From assembly GCA_965202585.1 (NCBI GenBank), contig OZ241831.1:53754001-53818000 (forward strand): DNA of 64,000 nt, read 5' to 3'. The notes under the pieces were generated by a model. That model saw only the letters and a program-made list of their open reading frames with translations. It searched no databases and was not told the origin of the DNA. Below are positions 49,550-62,009 of the stretch, in pieces. Positions within the stretch are counted from its first letter, which is position 1, and the number at the start of each line of letters is the position of its first letter. The DNA is from Thalia democratica (lineage: Eukaryota). A program made the position numbers and the translations under genes.

Positions 49550-51250
49550 CTACTCATCTAACTCAAAAATAATGAGGTAAGCTGGAATTAAATCGAAACA
49601 ACTTCTTACAACTCCATCATAAAATATTCCTTCTCTTGTTACATTTTTCTTACTATCCTCGATAGCTAGCTTGTTTTTAGAGATTGACTCGTCATAGTTA
49701 CTTTCTGAACTAACAACAAATACAAAAGACAACCTTTTTACTGTATTATCAACTTCACAATAATTACTACGAAAAGCTAATGTTGCGAAACTTAAATTTG
49801 TTGTAGTATGATTTAGTTCTCTGGCAAATTTATCTAGGCCGTTTTGATCATTAGGATAACCATTTGTCAAAACATATTTTACTTCGTCCGCTTTAACTCC
49901 GTTTAGATAAAGGTACTTTTGTTTGCAGTTGAGAACTTCATTTTTATCAGTAGGGTTTACTCTGAACAGTTGTCTAATTTTTCGAATATTTTCTGCGTTT
50001 TCATTATCAAATGAACGTAAAATAAACTTGTAATCATCATTATCTTTATGTAGAAGTTCTGTACTAAATTTTCTTTTTTCGTCATGTTTTACAACAAAAA
50101 TGCTGCTTAATTTAAAAGAAACTTGTTCCATAATTTTATTAGTGTCATTTTCTAACGTTGTGGTTAGACAATCTATTTTCGCATGATAGTTTCTGTTTAT
50201 TTCAATCTTTAGCTCTTCAGCTATCATTGAAAAAGAAAATTCAGATATTTCATTTTGAAGATTATTTTCTTTGTGTCTTTTCCGATCCATCGCAGACTTA
50301 AAAAATTTTTTTGAATACCTTTGAATTTTCAAGCTACTATAAAGTATTCGTTCAACTATGTCGTATACATTAGTTTTTTCTTCAATTTCAATTAAATAAG
50401 CAGGCACTACTAAATCATGATGAGCTAACGTTATGCTTCCTTGACCAGTTGTTTGAAATGAACCTTTTAAAAGTTTCCTTTTATTACTATCATACACGTC
50501 TAGCGGAATTTCTTCATTCATAGTAGGTATCAAAAATCTACTTTGAAATGTTTTCACCAATGGTTCTTTACTTAAATAATCTTCAAATGATAATTTTTTC
50601 AGATATCGACTACGTTTTAGAAATACCTCAGGATTAGTAGGTACACTGTTTACAAAAAAGTATTTGAAATTTTTTATCTTTTTTTCTTCTGTAGCACAAC
50701 ACATACCGTAACTATTTGCATAACTAAAACTATTAGTTAGATACACTCCAGGTCCATAAGATCCCTTTTCGGATGGAATAAACCCTGACTTTAATATTCC
50801 TTCAACATTTTGGGCTTTAGTTCCGTGTAGCAAAAGTATCTGATTAGTATCGCTTGACTTTGTTAAAATATTTTCGTTTGATACTACTCTGTATATTTTT
50901 AAACTTTCAGTCTTAGGTTTTATATTTAGTTGATTGCAAGAATAATTTCTAGTAGAATTAACATTAATTATTGCTGAATTTTTAAAGAGTTGGTAGTCCG
51001 GATCACTGGTTTTTAATAGCTCAAGTTTGTATTTAAAACCAGGAAGAACTGATTTTTTGAAGTTTGCAACATCATATTCACATAATGCTTTAGCTTTTTC
51101 GAACACCGTTCCTTTTTCGTGATTATTTTTTTCTTCATTTATTTCCTCTTCCGCCTTCCTAACAATACTTTGTAGAAAATTTCTACAGTCAGGGTGATTT
51201 TTTGAAAACTCTTCTACTTTGTTTTTAATTAACTGCATTGTTAATTCCAT
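49550..51250 (-). CDS. 566-aa protein with a PARP-like ADP-ribosyltransferase domain plus a degenerate second ART domain (paralogue 2)
   Basis: Uninterrupted ORF. Motifs LLHGTKAQNVEGILKSGF, GSYGPGVYLTNS and LVVPAYLI. Second repeat YLYLNGVKADEVKYVLTNGY ... IPAYLIIFEL. Collinear with 11213-12889. Confidence 0.9.
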   Translation of the reverse strand: MELTMQLIKNKVEEFSKNHPDCRNFLQSIVRKAEEEINEEKNNHEKGTVFEKAKALCEYDVANFKKSVLPGFKYKLELLKTSDPDYQLFKNSAIINVNSTRNYSCNQLNIKPKTESLKIYRVVSNENILTKSSDTNQILLLHGTKAQNVEGILKSGFIPSEKGSYGPGVYLTNSFSYANSYGMCCATEEKKIKNFKYFFVNSVPTNPEVFLKRSRYLKKLSFEDYLSKEPLVKTFQSRFLIPTMNEEIPLDVYDSNKRKLLKGSFQTTGQGSITLAHHDLVVPAYLIEIEEKTNVYDIVERILYSSLKIQRYSKKFFKSAMDRKRHKENNLQNEISEFSFSMIAEELKIEINRNYHAKIDCLTTTLENDTNKIMEQVSFKLSSIFVVKHDEKRKFSTELLHKDNDDYKFILRSFDNENAENIRKIRQLFRVNPTDKNEVLNCKQKYLYLNGVKADEVKYVLTNGYPNDQNGLDKFARELNHTTTNLSFATLAFRSNYCEVDNTVKRLSFVFVVSSESNYDESISKNKLAIEDSKKNVTREGIFYDGVVRSCFDLIPAYLIIFELDE

Positions 51251-54200
51251 TTTATTTGATAAAAATCTAAAAAAGTATTTTAGTTAGTTTTGTGATATGT
51301 TTTGCACTAGTTGTGCTTATAAACAACTTAAATATAATTGATAGTTAAGTAAATTTAAAACTAATACTATTTAAAGCACAACAGTCAGAAAATGGTTTGT
51401 CCTGGCTGATGCCAGATCACCAACAATACATCTTCTATGCACTATTCCGTAAAACGTGCGAACATTATAGAGAGAGAGGAAAATTTAAGATAAAACCAGC
51501 GATTCTAAATATTTTCGAAAACATTTTTCAATGTAGATAAAACATCAATATTACATTAGTAAAATTTTCAATTAAAAAGTAAATAAAAAAATGTAGTCTA
51601 AAGCTTTTTGGCTAATAAACGTTAAAAAAAACTATTTAACAATCAAGTAACTAAATAGCATTTTTATTGAAGTTTACTAAAGTAGTGTCCTTAATGACTC
51701 ATTTGTAAAACTTTACATTTATTTATATAAATTCAATATTTAATTTGTGGAGTTTTTTAACACTTACTAAGCAGAGTTTTAAAAATCATCTAAAAAATTT
51801 CTAAACTTGTCAAAGTTTTTTGAAATATTAAACTAGCTTGATTCTATAACAGCACTCTATAAGGTAATTTATAAGTTCATATCTTCATAATCTAAAATAA
51901 TAAGCAAAAAATTATAAACAAAACTTATATTGAGACAAAAACTTACTTTCGGTATAAAAAACTTTTTAAATTAAAATAAAAAAGTCGCAGTAGTGTAAGA
52001 AAAAAATTTCTATTTAATAAACTAAAAATGATAATTTTTCTATCATTAACACATAAAAAACTTTTTCAAAAAAGGACTTTTTAAAAAACTTTAAAAGTTC
52101 TCTACCAATTCTTTTTCAAAATATCATTAGAGGTTGAGTGGATTGAACTTAAATTATCATTTGCTGCAAAAAGCATACTTAACATAATATTTAGGAAGTG
52201 ATTTTTTAAATGTACTTGTATACAGATCTTTTAGCTTGTCTAAAAGTACTTTACAATTTAATAATCTATAAAAAATAATACAAACTGATTCTAATTTTTT
52301 TTTTGATTAGATCTAGCATTTTTAGAAACATTTCTTCACATTTTACTAATATTCAGGGTTTTACCTTTTTGAGTCAAAAACATTGTCTCATAATTTCCGG
52401 AGCTTTTTTCAGATCTGATTTTTTTACTTAAAAAAAAGACAAAAACAAGTCTTTTAACAAAATTAGTTATAAAATACAAAATATTCAAACTTAATCTAAC
52501 TAAAAATCTCGCAAACAAATTGTCTTCAGCTTATTAAGTAAAACTAAGACTACTCTGAGTTTCCTTTAAAAAGAATAAAAGCTAACCTGTATCAGCCTGA
52601 GTTTAAATAAAAATCAAAATATCCAGAGATATAAAATATTTAAAATACTTTTATATATTATTTGTGTGCTGTGACCCTGAATATTTTCTTAATTTTGATA
52701 AAATTTAAGCTTTAAAATTATCATTATTCATAACCAAAATAACTTTTTTGTAATATACAAAAAAATACAAAAAAAAAAACTATACAAATTGTTTAATAAC
52801 TTTTAAAATGACTAAAACTGACATTATTCCAAAATAGAATATAATGTCAAAGTTTAAAAAAATTTTTGCTAAAATTAATATCTAAAAAAATATTTAAAAT
52901 TTTTGACTCTCTTGAGGCCTTTAGTTTGTAAATTTAATGGTAAATTAATTTTTGCTGATATTGTTAATAAAATTAATACTATAACACCTTTGAAGACAAG
53001 CAAAAAAGAGCTGGTTTAGAAGCTTATAAAAATAACCATAAACAGGATTGTCAAATGATTTTGTTAAGATAGTTCCAGAAATTAAAAAAAACAAGTATTT
53101 TAATACATTAATAGTTTAAAATTAAACTTAAGATATAAGTGTTTTTATGAAATTTCCTCTAGGTTTTTAGAAGTACAGGATACTAGGTCTATTTTTATTT
53201 TAAGGTTAAGTTAATAAATGGGTAAAGTAGTATAACAACATAGCAAAGTCCTGTATTGCTAGTTTATATGTGTTATATAATAAAAAAAAAATTAAATTGA
53301 CAAGAAATTTATTTATAGGATTGTTTTTTTTTTGTCAAGTCAAGATGTAAAAGTAGTTTAAAACTCAAGATTTTTCAAGATTTGGTTGTAACTTCAGCAC
53401 TAAGATTTACTTCTTTTTCAATAATTCTTAAATTCCTTGTTTTTTAGTCAAAATTACCAAATTAAAGGATTTTTCACGATTTCAGATTCGGTGACAACCC
53501 AGAACATTAGAAAGATTTTGTTAAATTACACAAAATGTATTTTTATATCAAAAATCAACTAATAATACAAAAACTTATTTTATCCTTGACTAAGGGTTAT
53601 TACTTTTTTTTTGAAGGTCTTATCCAGGTTTTTAAAAGTACACATTTTTTGGTCTATTACTTGTTTACAGTTAAGTTTAACTGAGTTAAGTAATATGAAA
53701 ACAGTGAAAAGACACTTTAAAGCTACTTTACATGTGTTTTTATTTTTAATTAAAAAATTTGATGATGTCCTCAGTGTGTATCTATAGGATAGAGTTTTTG
53801 TGTCTTGAAATTTTATTATTTAACAATTTAAAGTAGTTACAAATTCCATGTTTTTTTAATAATTATTGTTTAAAATGCCAGGTTTTTCTAGGCTTTTTCA
53901 AAGTTTCTCAAATTCAAGGTTTTTTCTGGTTCTATTTTTGTCTAAATTTTAAACTTCCAGGTGAAGTGGCAAATCTACCCTTAGACGGATTGTTCCACTA
54001 AGATGAAACTTTGTAACTTCACATGTAGAAATAGTTTAAAATTACAGATTGTTACTAGGGTTTTAATAACATTTTTATAATTTTTATTTTTTTACAAAAC
54101 TTCTTAAATTAAAAGTATTTCCAGGTTTTTTGCCTAAACTGTTAAAGTCTAGATTTTTCCAGGATTCTAGTTTTGGCAGACATGTATAGTTATAAGAAGT

Positions 54201-55771
54201 TATATTGAAAATAAGTGAATTAATTTACTAAAAAAAAAAAAAAACTAAAAGGAAGAAAGCATGACATGACAAAAAGGGATTATTGCAATGACTCTTGATT
54301 GGATTTGAAAAAATATGTTTATTGAAAAAGAAATAAAATTAGAAAACATTTAATTTTTTTTATATGGATATCAAAAAAGTTTTGTTTTTTATATATTGTA
54401 CAACATATACTTAGTTGTATAATATATTTAGTAAAAATTAAACAAAATAAACAAGCTGGTGTATAACTAGTAGATGAAGAAATTATTATTAAAATACTAT
54501 AAGATTAAACAGGTAAAGACTATATTTTATTCGATTTGTTTGCATGAAATACTAATATTTTAAGCAATCTGTAAGATTAAACAACTTAATTTATAGTCAA
54601 GAAATATTAAATTAAAATATTTAAAGTATACTTTAAAGTTTAAAGGCTCATTAAAAAAACCACCTTTGTGATAATAAATAGGAACTATATCTTTTTCTGA
54701 AATTGCATGCATTTAATACTTGCATTTTTTTTACATTGAATACTTATATTTAAAGCTATCTCTGAGATTAAACACCTTCATTCATAATTGAGAAAAATGA
54801 AAATAAAATCATACAAAGTATACTATAATATTTTAGGGCTTATTTTGAAAAAACAGTGGTAATAAATATGAACAAAATTATTTAAGGAAATAGATCTCTT
54901 TCTAAAATGGCATGTACATGGTTGCCACAGATCAAGGTGAGAAAAATTTACTGACTTTTTCTTACTTTTTCCTGACTTTTTACTATAATTTTCCGAACTT
55001 TTTTAAATAAAACTCTTTTGTAATTAAAACTTTTCCTCCAGCAGTTGAGATCTCTCTATTTGTTTTCTTAAAACCAAAACATATAATAAAACATACTCTA
55101 AAATATATATAATCAAACACTTTATACTGTCTAAAATGTTTAATGTTATTTTTATACAGGTTAACCCAACAGTTTTTTGCTGAATTCTATCATTTAACTT
55201 CTAATATATCACTTGAACCATCTATGTCTGATTGATATATTTTCAATAAACAGCTCTATCAACAAAATAAAGCCAGACTTAGCATAAAGTTCTAAATTAC
55301 CCTAAATGTAATAATATCTAACAAAAAGAAATATTTATTTAAAACATGTAATACTTATATAACTTGTTCACTTATTTTAATAAAATGGTTTCAAAATATG
55401 TAACAAAAAACAACCTTAAATCAAAAATTAATTAGAAAATAATTTACTCAAGTAACTGTAAAAAATACATAAAAAATTAAAATATATTTTTGTTACAGAA
55501 AATATTTCCTCTTTATCATTTAATATAAAACTTGAAACAAATTAATTTAAGTTATTCTACAAAAAATTACAAATAAGTTAAATTACAATGGAATATTCTT
55601 CTCTTATAACTTATTATTCAAGTTTAAAAGTTATAATAAGGTAAAGTATACACATAAAATTGCAACATAAAATATTAAACTTAGTGCTTGATTATAAGAC
55701 ATTAACTATTAACTTCAACAAACAGCACCTTAATTCTTAAATTCTGCAAGATTAACTTATGTTTGTGTATA

Positions 55772-56731
55772 CATGGTTGCCACTGATCAAGCTGAGAAAA
55801 AATTCCTGACTTTCCCTGACTTTTCCCGACTTTTTACCAAAATTTTCCTGACTTTTCTAAATCAGTTTTACTTATATAAATTGTTCACTTAGTTTAATAA
55901 AATACTAACCAAACTATTTAATCTATTATAAAAGAATATACTTAATTAACTGTAAAAAAAGACATAAAAAAGTAAACTATGTATCTGTTGTATTAAATAT
56001 TTCATCTTATCATTTAGTATAAAATTTGTAACAAATAAATATACTCTTATTTACTTCAAAAACTTAAGTTACTCTACAAAAAATACAAACAATAAGTAAA
56101 TTTAATGTTGGCATATACCTCTCTTATAACTTAATTTATAAATTTTAACAACTTTGAAAAATTATAAAGAGGTAAAGTATACACATTAACTTGTTACATA
56201 AAATACTAAACTAACTGCTTAGTTATAAAGAACTCAATTATTTAAACAAAAAACACTTTGATTCTAAAATTATGCTAGATAAACTTTTGTGTATGTATCA
56301 GTTATATCAGTGTCCTTGCTACAGATCATCAATACTAAAAAGCTAACAAAATCTGCTTGTTCAAGTAAGGTACTTGTTCAGTATGTTGTTAGAAAATGTT
56401 TGCAGTTTTATAAAGGATATTTTTCTAATTTATACCAGGTGAAGGCATTGAAAATAAAATTAAATATTTTTGTAAATTTCTAGGAAAATTTTGGAATTTT
56501 TTCAGACTTTAAAGGACTTTTAATTAATTTTACCATTTGAAGGCTATGGAAAACAAGGAATTTAGTAAATTTAATTTGACAAAATCTGATTTTTTTTTTT
56601 AATTTTATCAATTTTCCTGACTTTTCCTGACTTTTTTCGAAACCCCCCATTTTTTCCTGACTTTTCCTGACTTTTGTATTTTTTTAAGTTTTCCTGACTT
56701 TTTCTGATTTCCAGACCGAGTGGCAACCCTG
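55772..56731. mobile_element. Same-family element nested inside the outer element
   Basis: TIR CATGGTTGCCAC / GTGGCAACCCTG. TSD TGTATA on both sides. The interior is homologous to the outer element, with TTTCCTGAC subterminal arrays. Confidence 0.85.
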
Positions 56732-56775
56732 TGTATATATCACAGTTTCACTATGGAAATTTTCTTTGCCACAGA

Positions 56776-57094
56776 CAGGGTTGCAAAATCATTTTGTAAA
56801 ATTTTTTCAAAGTTTTCAAAAATTCCTCTAGGTTTTTAAAATTAGAAGTTCTAGGGTTTATTTTTAGTTTATAACTAAGTTTAAGGTAAAAAACTGTATT
56901 AAATAGTTTAATAACATGAAAAAGAAATTTTAAAGTTCTTTAACTATGTTTTTTAATAAAAACATTTGATGATGACAAAAAAAATTATCAACTTGATAGA
57001 TTTTTTAAGTCAAGTAGAAATTTTACTACTTAATACATTTACAAATGTTAAAAATCCAGGTTTTTCTAGGTTTTTAAGTTTTTTAGCAACCCTG
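56776..57094. mobile_element. 319-bp MITE of a related family nested in the outer element
   Basis: CAGGGTTGCAAAA...TAGCAACCCTG with a 6-bp TSD, CACAGA / CCCAGA (one mismatch). Confidence 0.7.
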
Positions 57095-58239
57095 CCCAGA
57101 TCATCAATACTAAAAAGCATACTAAAACTGCTTATTCAAGTAGGGCAGTTGTACAATACGTTAGTATAAAATTTTGCAGTTTTATAAAATTTTTATCAGA
57201 TGAAGGCATGAGAAATTAAGTAATGTTGTTAACTTTTTGGAAAATTTTACTATCTTAGTCTGACATAGGAACTTTTAATTATTTTCACCATTTGAAGGAT
57301 TTTGAAGAAAAGGAATTTTTTAAATAACCTTTTAAATTTTTGCCATTACCTAACTTTTTCTAGAATTATGTTAAATTTCCTGACTTTTCTTGACCATGTG
57401 ACAACCTTGCATGTATTTAATATTTAAAATACTCAACAGATTTTTATCAACATTAAACATTTTAAACTGTAATTGTTGGTTCTAACACTTTTACACAATA
57501 AAAAGTGGTGTAATTCAATCTTTATATATATCAAGGAAAAATCAAGCAGGTTTTGAAACTTTAGGCTAATTGTCTATAAAATGATGATTAACAATTAATG
57601 ACATTTATAATTTTTTTTTTCATGGCTGTCCAATTTCTTATTAAAAAATGCAGACTACCTTCAAACAATTCACTGTAAATTTTATGCCTTAGCATGAGTA
57701 AATATTGATATTAAAGAAGTTTGACAAAACGGACTAAAACATGTTCTAAACTTTTTCTATAAAAATTACCAGTTAATCTGTTTCAAAAAACTAAGTATTT
57801 TAAACTTTAAGCAATGTTGTTATAAAGTGACTTTTTTTAGTAAATAACATATAAAAAAAAGTTTTATTTATCATACTATATATACTAAGTTAAAAATAAA
57901 AAACGTTCAGAATTTATATGGCTTCTAAAGTATTAAAATATATAGATCCTCAAATAGTTAATAAAAAATTGTTTGTTTTTAGTTAAAACTTTATGCATGA
58001 GTGATTATTGGCTATTTGCAGGAAAGCAATCTGGCAACCGTGCTCTTTTGTAAAAGACTTACATTAACAAGAAATTAAATTGAGTATTAAAATATAAATT
58101 TTTTAAGTTATTTTATTCAATTCAACAAGAAATAAACAAGTGCTTATTTTAATTAGCTATGTTTAATTTTATGATAACTGTCTTAGCCCACTTTGGAAAA
58201 TCTAGCTTAATATAAGGATTGTCAAAATTAGTTAAAACA

Positions 58240-60890
58240 TTAAACAAGAAGTTGTTGTGACGATTGCCAACCGTAAAACATTTTTCAGCTGTAGGTCTGC
58301 GGTAAAATTTGGCATAATAATTTTTTAAATGCATTTTTTAAGAAAAAAATGTAAAATAGCCTATATATATATATTGAGGACTTTCGAAATCAGCCCAAAG
58401 ATTACACAAAAAATTGTTGTGACAATTGCCCACTGTAAAAATAATTTAAGCTGTAGGTCTACGGTCAAATTTACTGTAATAAAGTTTTAAATGAAGTTTT
58501 TCAAGAAAGAAAAGTAAAATAGCCTATATATATATCGAGGATTTTCGATATCAGCTAAACCTTTACACTTTGAGTCGTTGTGAAAGTTTTCAACAGTAAA
58601 AATACTTCTAGCTTAAAAACTTAAAGTCAAAATTTTCGAGTTTTTCCAGTTTAAGTAGTTGTTTTCTTGAGAAAAACAGAAAACAGACCACATATAGAAG
58701 TTTTTAAAATTATTTAAACTTTTGCATGAGAAGTTGTTGTTACGATTGTCAACTTTAAAACAAACTTAGCTGAAAACATCAAGTTTAATTTCAGCTTTTT
58801 ACAGTTTGAATTGTTGTATTTTTGACAAAAATTAAAAGGAGGTTATATGTGAGGGTTTTTCTATATCAGGTACAAATTGCACCAGAAGTTGTTGTGACGA
58901 TTTCCAACTGTAAAACATTTTTGAGCAGAAATTGCTGAGGTTGCATTTTTTAAATTTAAATAGCTTAAGTTACTATTTTTTTGAGAAAAATTAAAAAATA
59001 GTTAAAATTTTGAAGGTTCTCATAATCATTTAAAATTTTTCACAACTATTTCGGTTGATAAATTTAAAATTATTGTTTTCTTAAGAAATAACTGGAATAT
59101 AAAGTTTAAAATATAAGTAAAAAAAGCCTTAAAAGGTTTTATTTTTATCAGCTAATACTTTGCACAAGAAGTTGTTGTGACGATTGCCAACCGTAAAACA
59201 TTTTTCAGCTGTAGGTCTGCGGTAAAATTTGGCATAATAATTTTTTAAATGCATTTTTTAAGAAAAAAATGTAAAATAGCCTATATATATATATTGAGGA
59301 CTTTCGAAATCAGCCCAAAGATTACACAAAAAATTGTTGTGACAATTGCCCGCTGTAAAAATAATTTAAGCTGTAGGTCTACGGTCAAATTTACTGTAAT
59401 AAAGTTTTAAATGAAGTTTTTTAAGAAAGAAAAGTAAAATAGCCTATATATATCGAGGATTTTCGATATCAGCTAAACCTTTACACTTTGAGTCGTTGTG
59501 AAAGTTTTCAACAGTAAAAATACTTCTAGCTTAAAAACTTAAAGTCAAAATTTTCGAGTTTTTCCAGTTTAAGTAGTTGTTTTCTTGAGAAAAACAGAAA
59601 ACAGACCACATATAGAAGTTTTTAAAATTATTTAAACTTTTGCATGAGAAGTTGTTGTTACGATTGTCAACTTTAAAACAAACTTAGCTGAAAACATCAA
59701 GTTTAATTTCAGCTTTTTACAGTTTGAATTGTTGTATTTTTGACAAAAATTAAAAGGAGGTTATATGTGAGGGTTTTTCCATATCAGTCACAAATTGCAC
59801 CAGAAGTTGTTGTGACGATTTCCAATTGTAAAACATTTTTGAGCAGAAATTGCTGAGGTTGCATTTTTTAAATTTAAATAGCTTAAGTTACTATTTTTTT
59901 GAGAAAAATTAAAAAATAGTTAAAATTTTGAAGGTTCTCATAATCATTTAAAATTTTGCAAAACAAGTTGTTGTAAAAATTGCCACCTTTAAAGCAATCT
60001 TCACCTAAAAACTCTAAGGTTCTATTTGTAATACAGTAGTTTTCGTTAGAACAAAATCAAAATGTTTATATATGAATGTTTTTTTATTTAACTTAAACTT
60101 TGCAAAAAGTTATTGTGATCATTGCCAACTGTAAACCTATTTTCAGCTGAAAACTCAAAAGTCACATTTTTTGAAATTATATAAATCGAAGTTGTTTTTT
60201 TCTTAAGATAAAACGGGAAGTTAGCCTTCATATCAGAATTTTTCTATCTTTTTTAAAACGGCCCCTTTTAAAAAACTAAAAAAGTCTCTACAACAAGCCT
60301 ACTAAAACAACTACTATTAAAAGCAGCTAAAACCTTCTTTTTTTTGCTCTTCATCAGCAACTGCAGAATATAAAGTACAAGTTTTAAAACCACTAATAAA
60401 AACACCTACGACTTTTTTTTTACTCTTCATCATTAACTCCAAAATATATATTTTAAGTTTCAATTTATGACCTCATAGCCCCCTGTGGCTCCTTTACTGC
60501 TCACAGCCCCCTAAAACATTGGACAAGATGTTGATGTGACGATTGACAATCGTAAAAATATTTTCAGCTGAAGAGCTAAAAGTTTTTTTTTAAGTTTATA
60601 CCGTTTAAATAAATGTTATCTTAAGTAAAAATATTAGAAAACAGGAAAATTTATATGGAGGTTTTTCAAAATTAGCCAAAACTTTGCGAAAAGTTTTTTT
60701 GTGACAATTGCCAACTGTCAAACAATTGTTTGCAGAAAACGCAATTGTCTGAATTTTTTTTTGGTTGCTACAATTATTATTTTTCTAGAAAAAAACGGAA
60801 CATAGCTTATATTGGTGTTTTTTTTAAATCAGCTTAAACTTTGCACAAGAAGTTAATGTGACGATTGACAACCGTAAAACAATTTTCAGC
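58240..60890. repeat. ~160-bp satellite array with a ~920-bp higher-order repeat
   Basis: Units begin CAAGAAGTTGTTGTGACGATTGCCAAC-like. 58244-59040 is nearly identical to 59164-59957. Interrupted at ~60240-60515 by a dispersed repeat. Confidence 0.9.
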
Positions 60891-61080
60891 GGGTAGCTGT
60901 CTTAATTGCAAAGCGTACGAAATTGCACGAGGGGACACAATTGCACGAAGATACTTTTGCACGAGAGGATAAAATAGCACGAAAATAGAATTGTAGAAAG
61001 ATACTTTTGCACGTAGGGTCAGTTTTGCGCGAAAAAACTTTTACACAAGAAGACGATTTTGCCCGGAGTCATATTTGCAT
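60891..61080. mobile_element. Truncated third copy of the TTGCACG-array element
   Basis: GGGTAGCTGTC terminus followed by TTGCACGA repeats. It ends the satellite array. Confidence 0.7.
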
Positions 61081-62009
61081 TGGTTAGTTTGTTATTATTT
61101 TTTTAATTTAATAAGATTTTCAACAATTGATTTATTAAAAGCATTTTTCACATAAGTGACATACTTTTATAGTTCTTTTAGTTTTCAACATTTCGTTTTG
61201 CATTTTATTTCAAGTTTCTCATAAAATATTTTTGAGTTTTTTATAGTGGCTAATATACAGTATTTTAGTACAAAAATTACATATTTAATAGTTACTGTGA
61301 TTTTTACAATTGGTTTTGTATTATTAAAGTTCGTTTAATAGAAAAACTCACTCAATTGTTGTGCCTGGTTATTTATAGTAGTATTGATATCTAGTAATAT
61401 TAAAACTAGAGTAGAGTATAAATTATTTCAAATCCAAATAGTAAAGTCACACTCAGATTGAGCCCTAAGCGTAAATGTTCTAGGGTAAAGGAATCTTTGG
61501 GTCATCAGTACTCATCAGCACTCTTTGGTTTCAATGGCGTTATCGAAAATAAGAATTATAAATCTTTTGATAAACAGTTGATTAATAAAAATGTTACAGG
61601 GGGACACATAAAACATAATGCTTTAGGGGATCTAAACAAATTGGAATGAAGGGTGGACAATACAATGATTAAGGCTATTTAGACACAGCGAGCTGATAGT
61701 TACGAGGACCTTGATATAGCTGATCTCGTAAGCAGGTTACACATGCCAAAATTAGGGCAGATACTAAAGCTAGGGAAGAAAAAAAGCAAATAATTTAACA
61801 TTTACGCTTGTATGACAACGAAAGCAACAGGTCCGTCTGCAGCATACAACCGTCAAAAAATGTCACCTATGCTAGTATTTCCCCAAGAAACCGTTTTATT
61901 TGGCCTAATGAATTATACATGGCAACTAATAAACACCATGATGATATAACATATGTTTGACTTAAGAAAGAGAAAGATCTCTCGTAACTGTTCTGTGATA
62001 TCCCCCTAA

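Larger units (their letters stand above)
54917..57409. mobile_element. Non-autonomous TIR element with 6-bp TSD (outer)
   Basis: TIR CATGGTTGCCAC / GTGACAACCTTG. TSD CATGTA at 54911-16 and 57410-15. The empty site (single CATGCA) is at 18358-63 in the other duplication copy. Confidence 0.85.
52590..58060 (+). repeat. Segmental duplication block, copy 2
   Basis: Collinear with 16050-19230 and lengthened by the 54917-57409 insertion. Confidence 0.75.

Noticed and set aside
58240-60890. CRISPR-like array (also considered for 765-990)
   Set aside because: Whole units are homologous with no unique spacers, there are no cas genes, and the context is eukaryotic.
61450-61560. 5' LTR and primer-binding site for the gag-CSD element
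   Set aside because: No clear match to the sequence after 63885 and no recognisable tRNA-complementary PBS.
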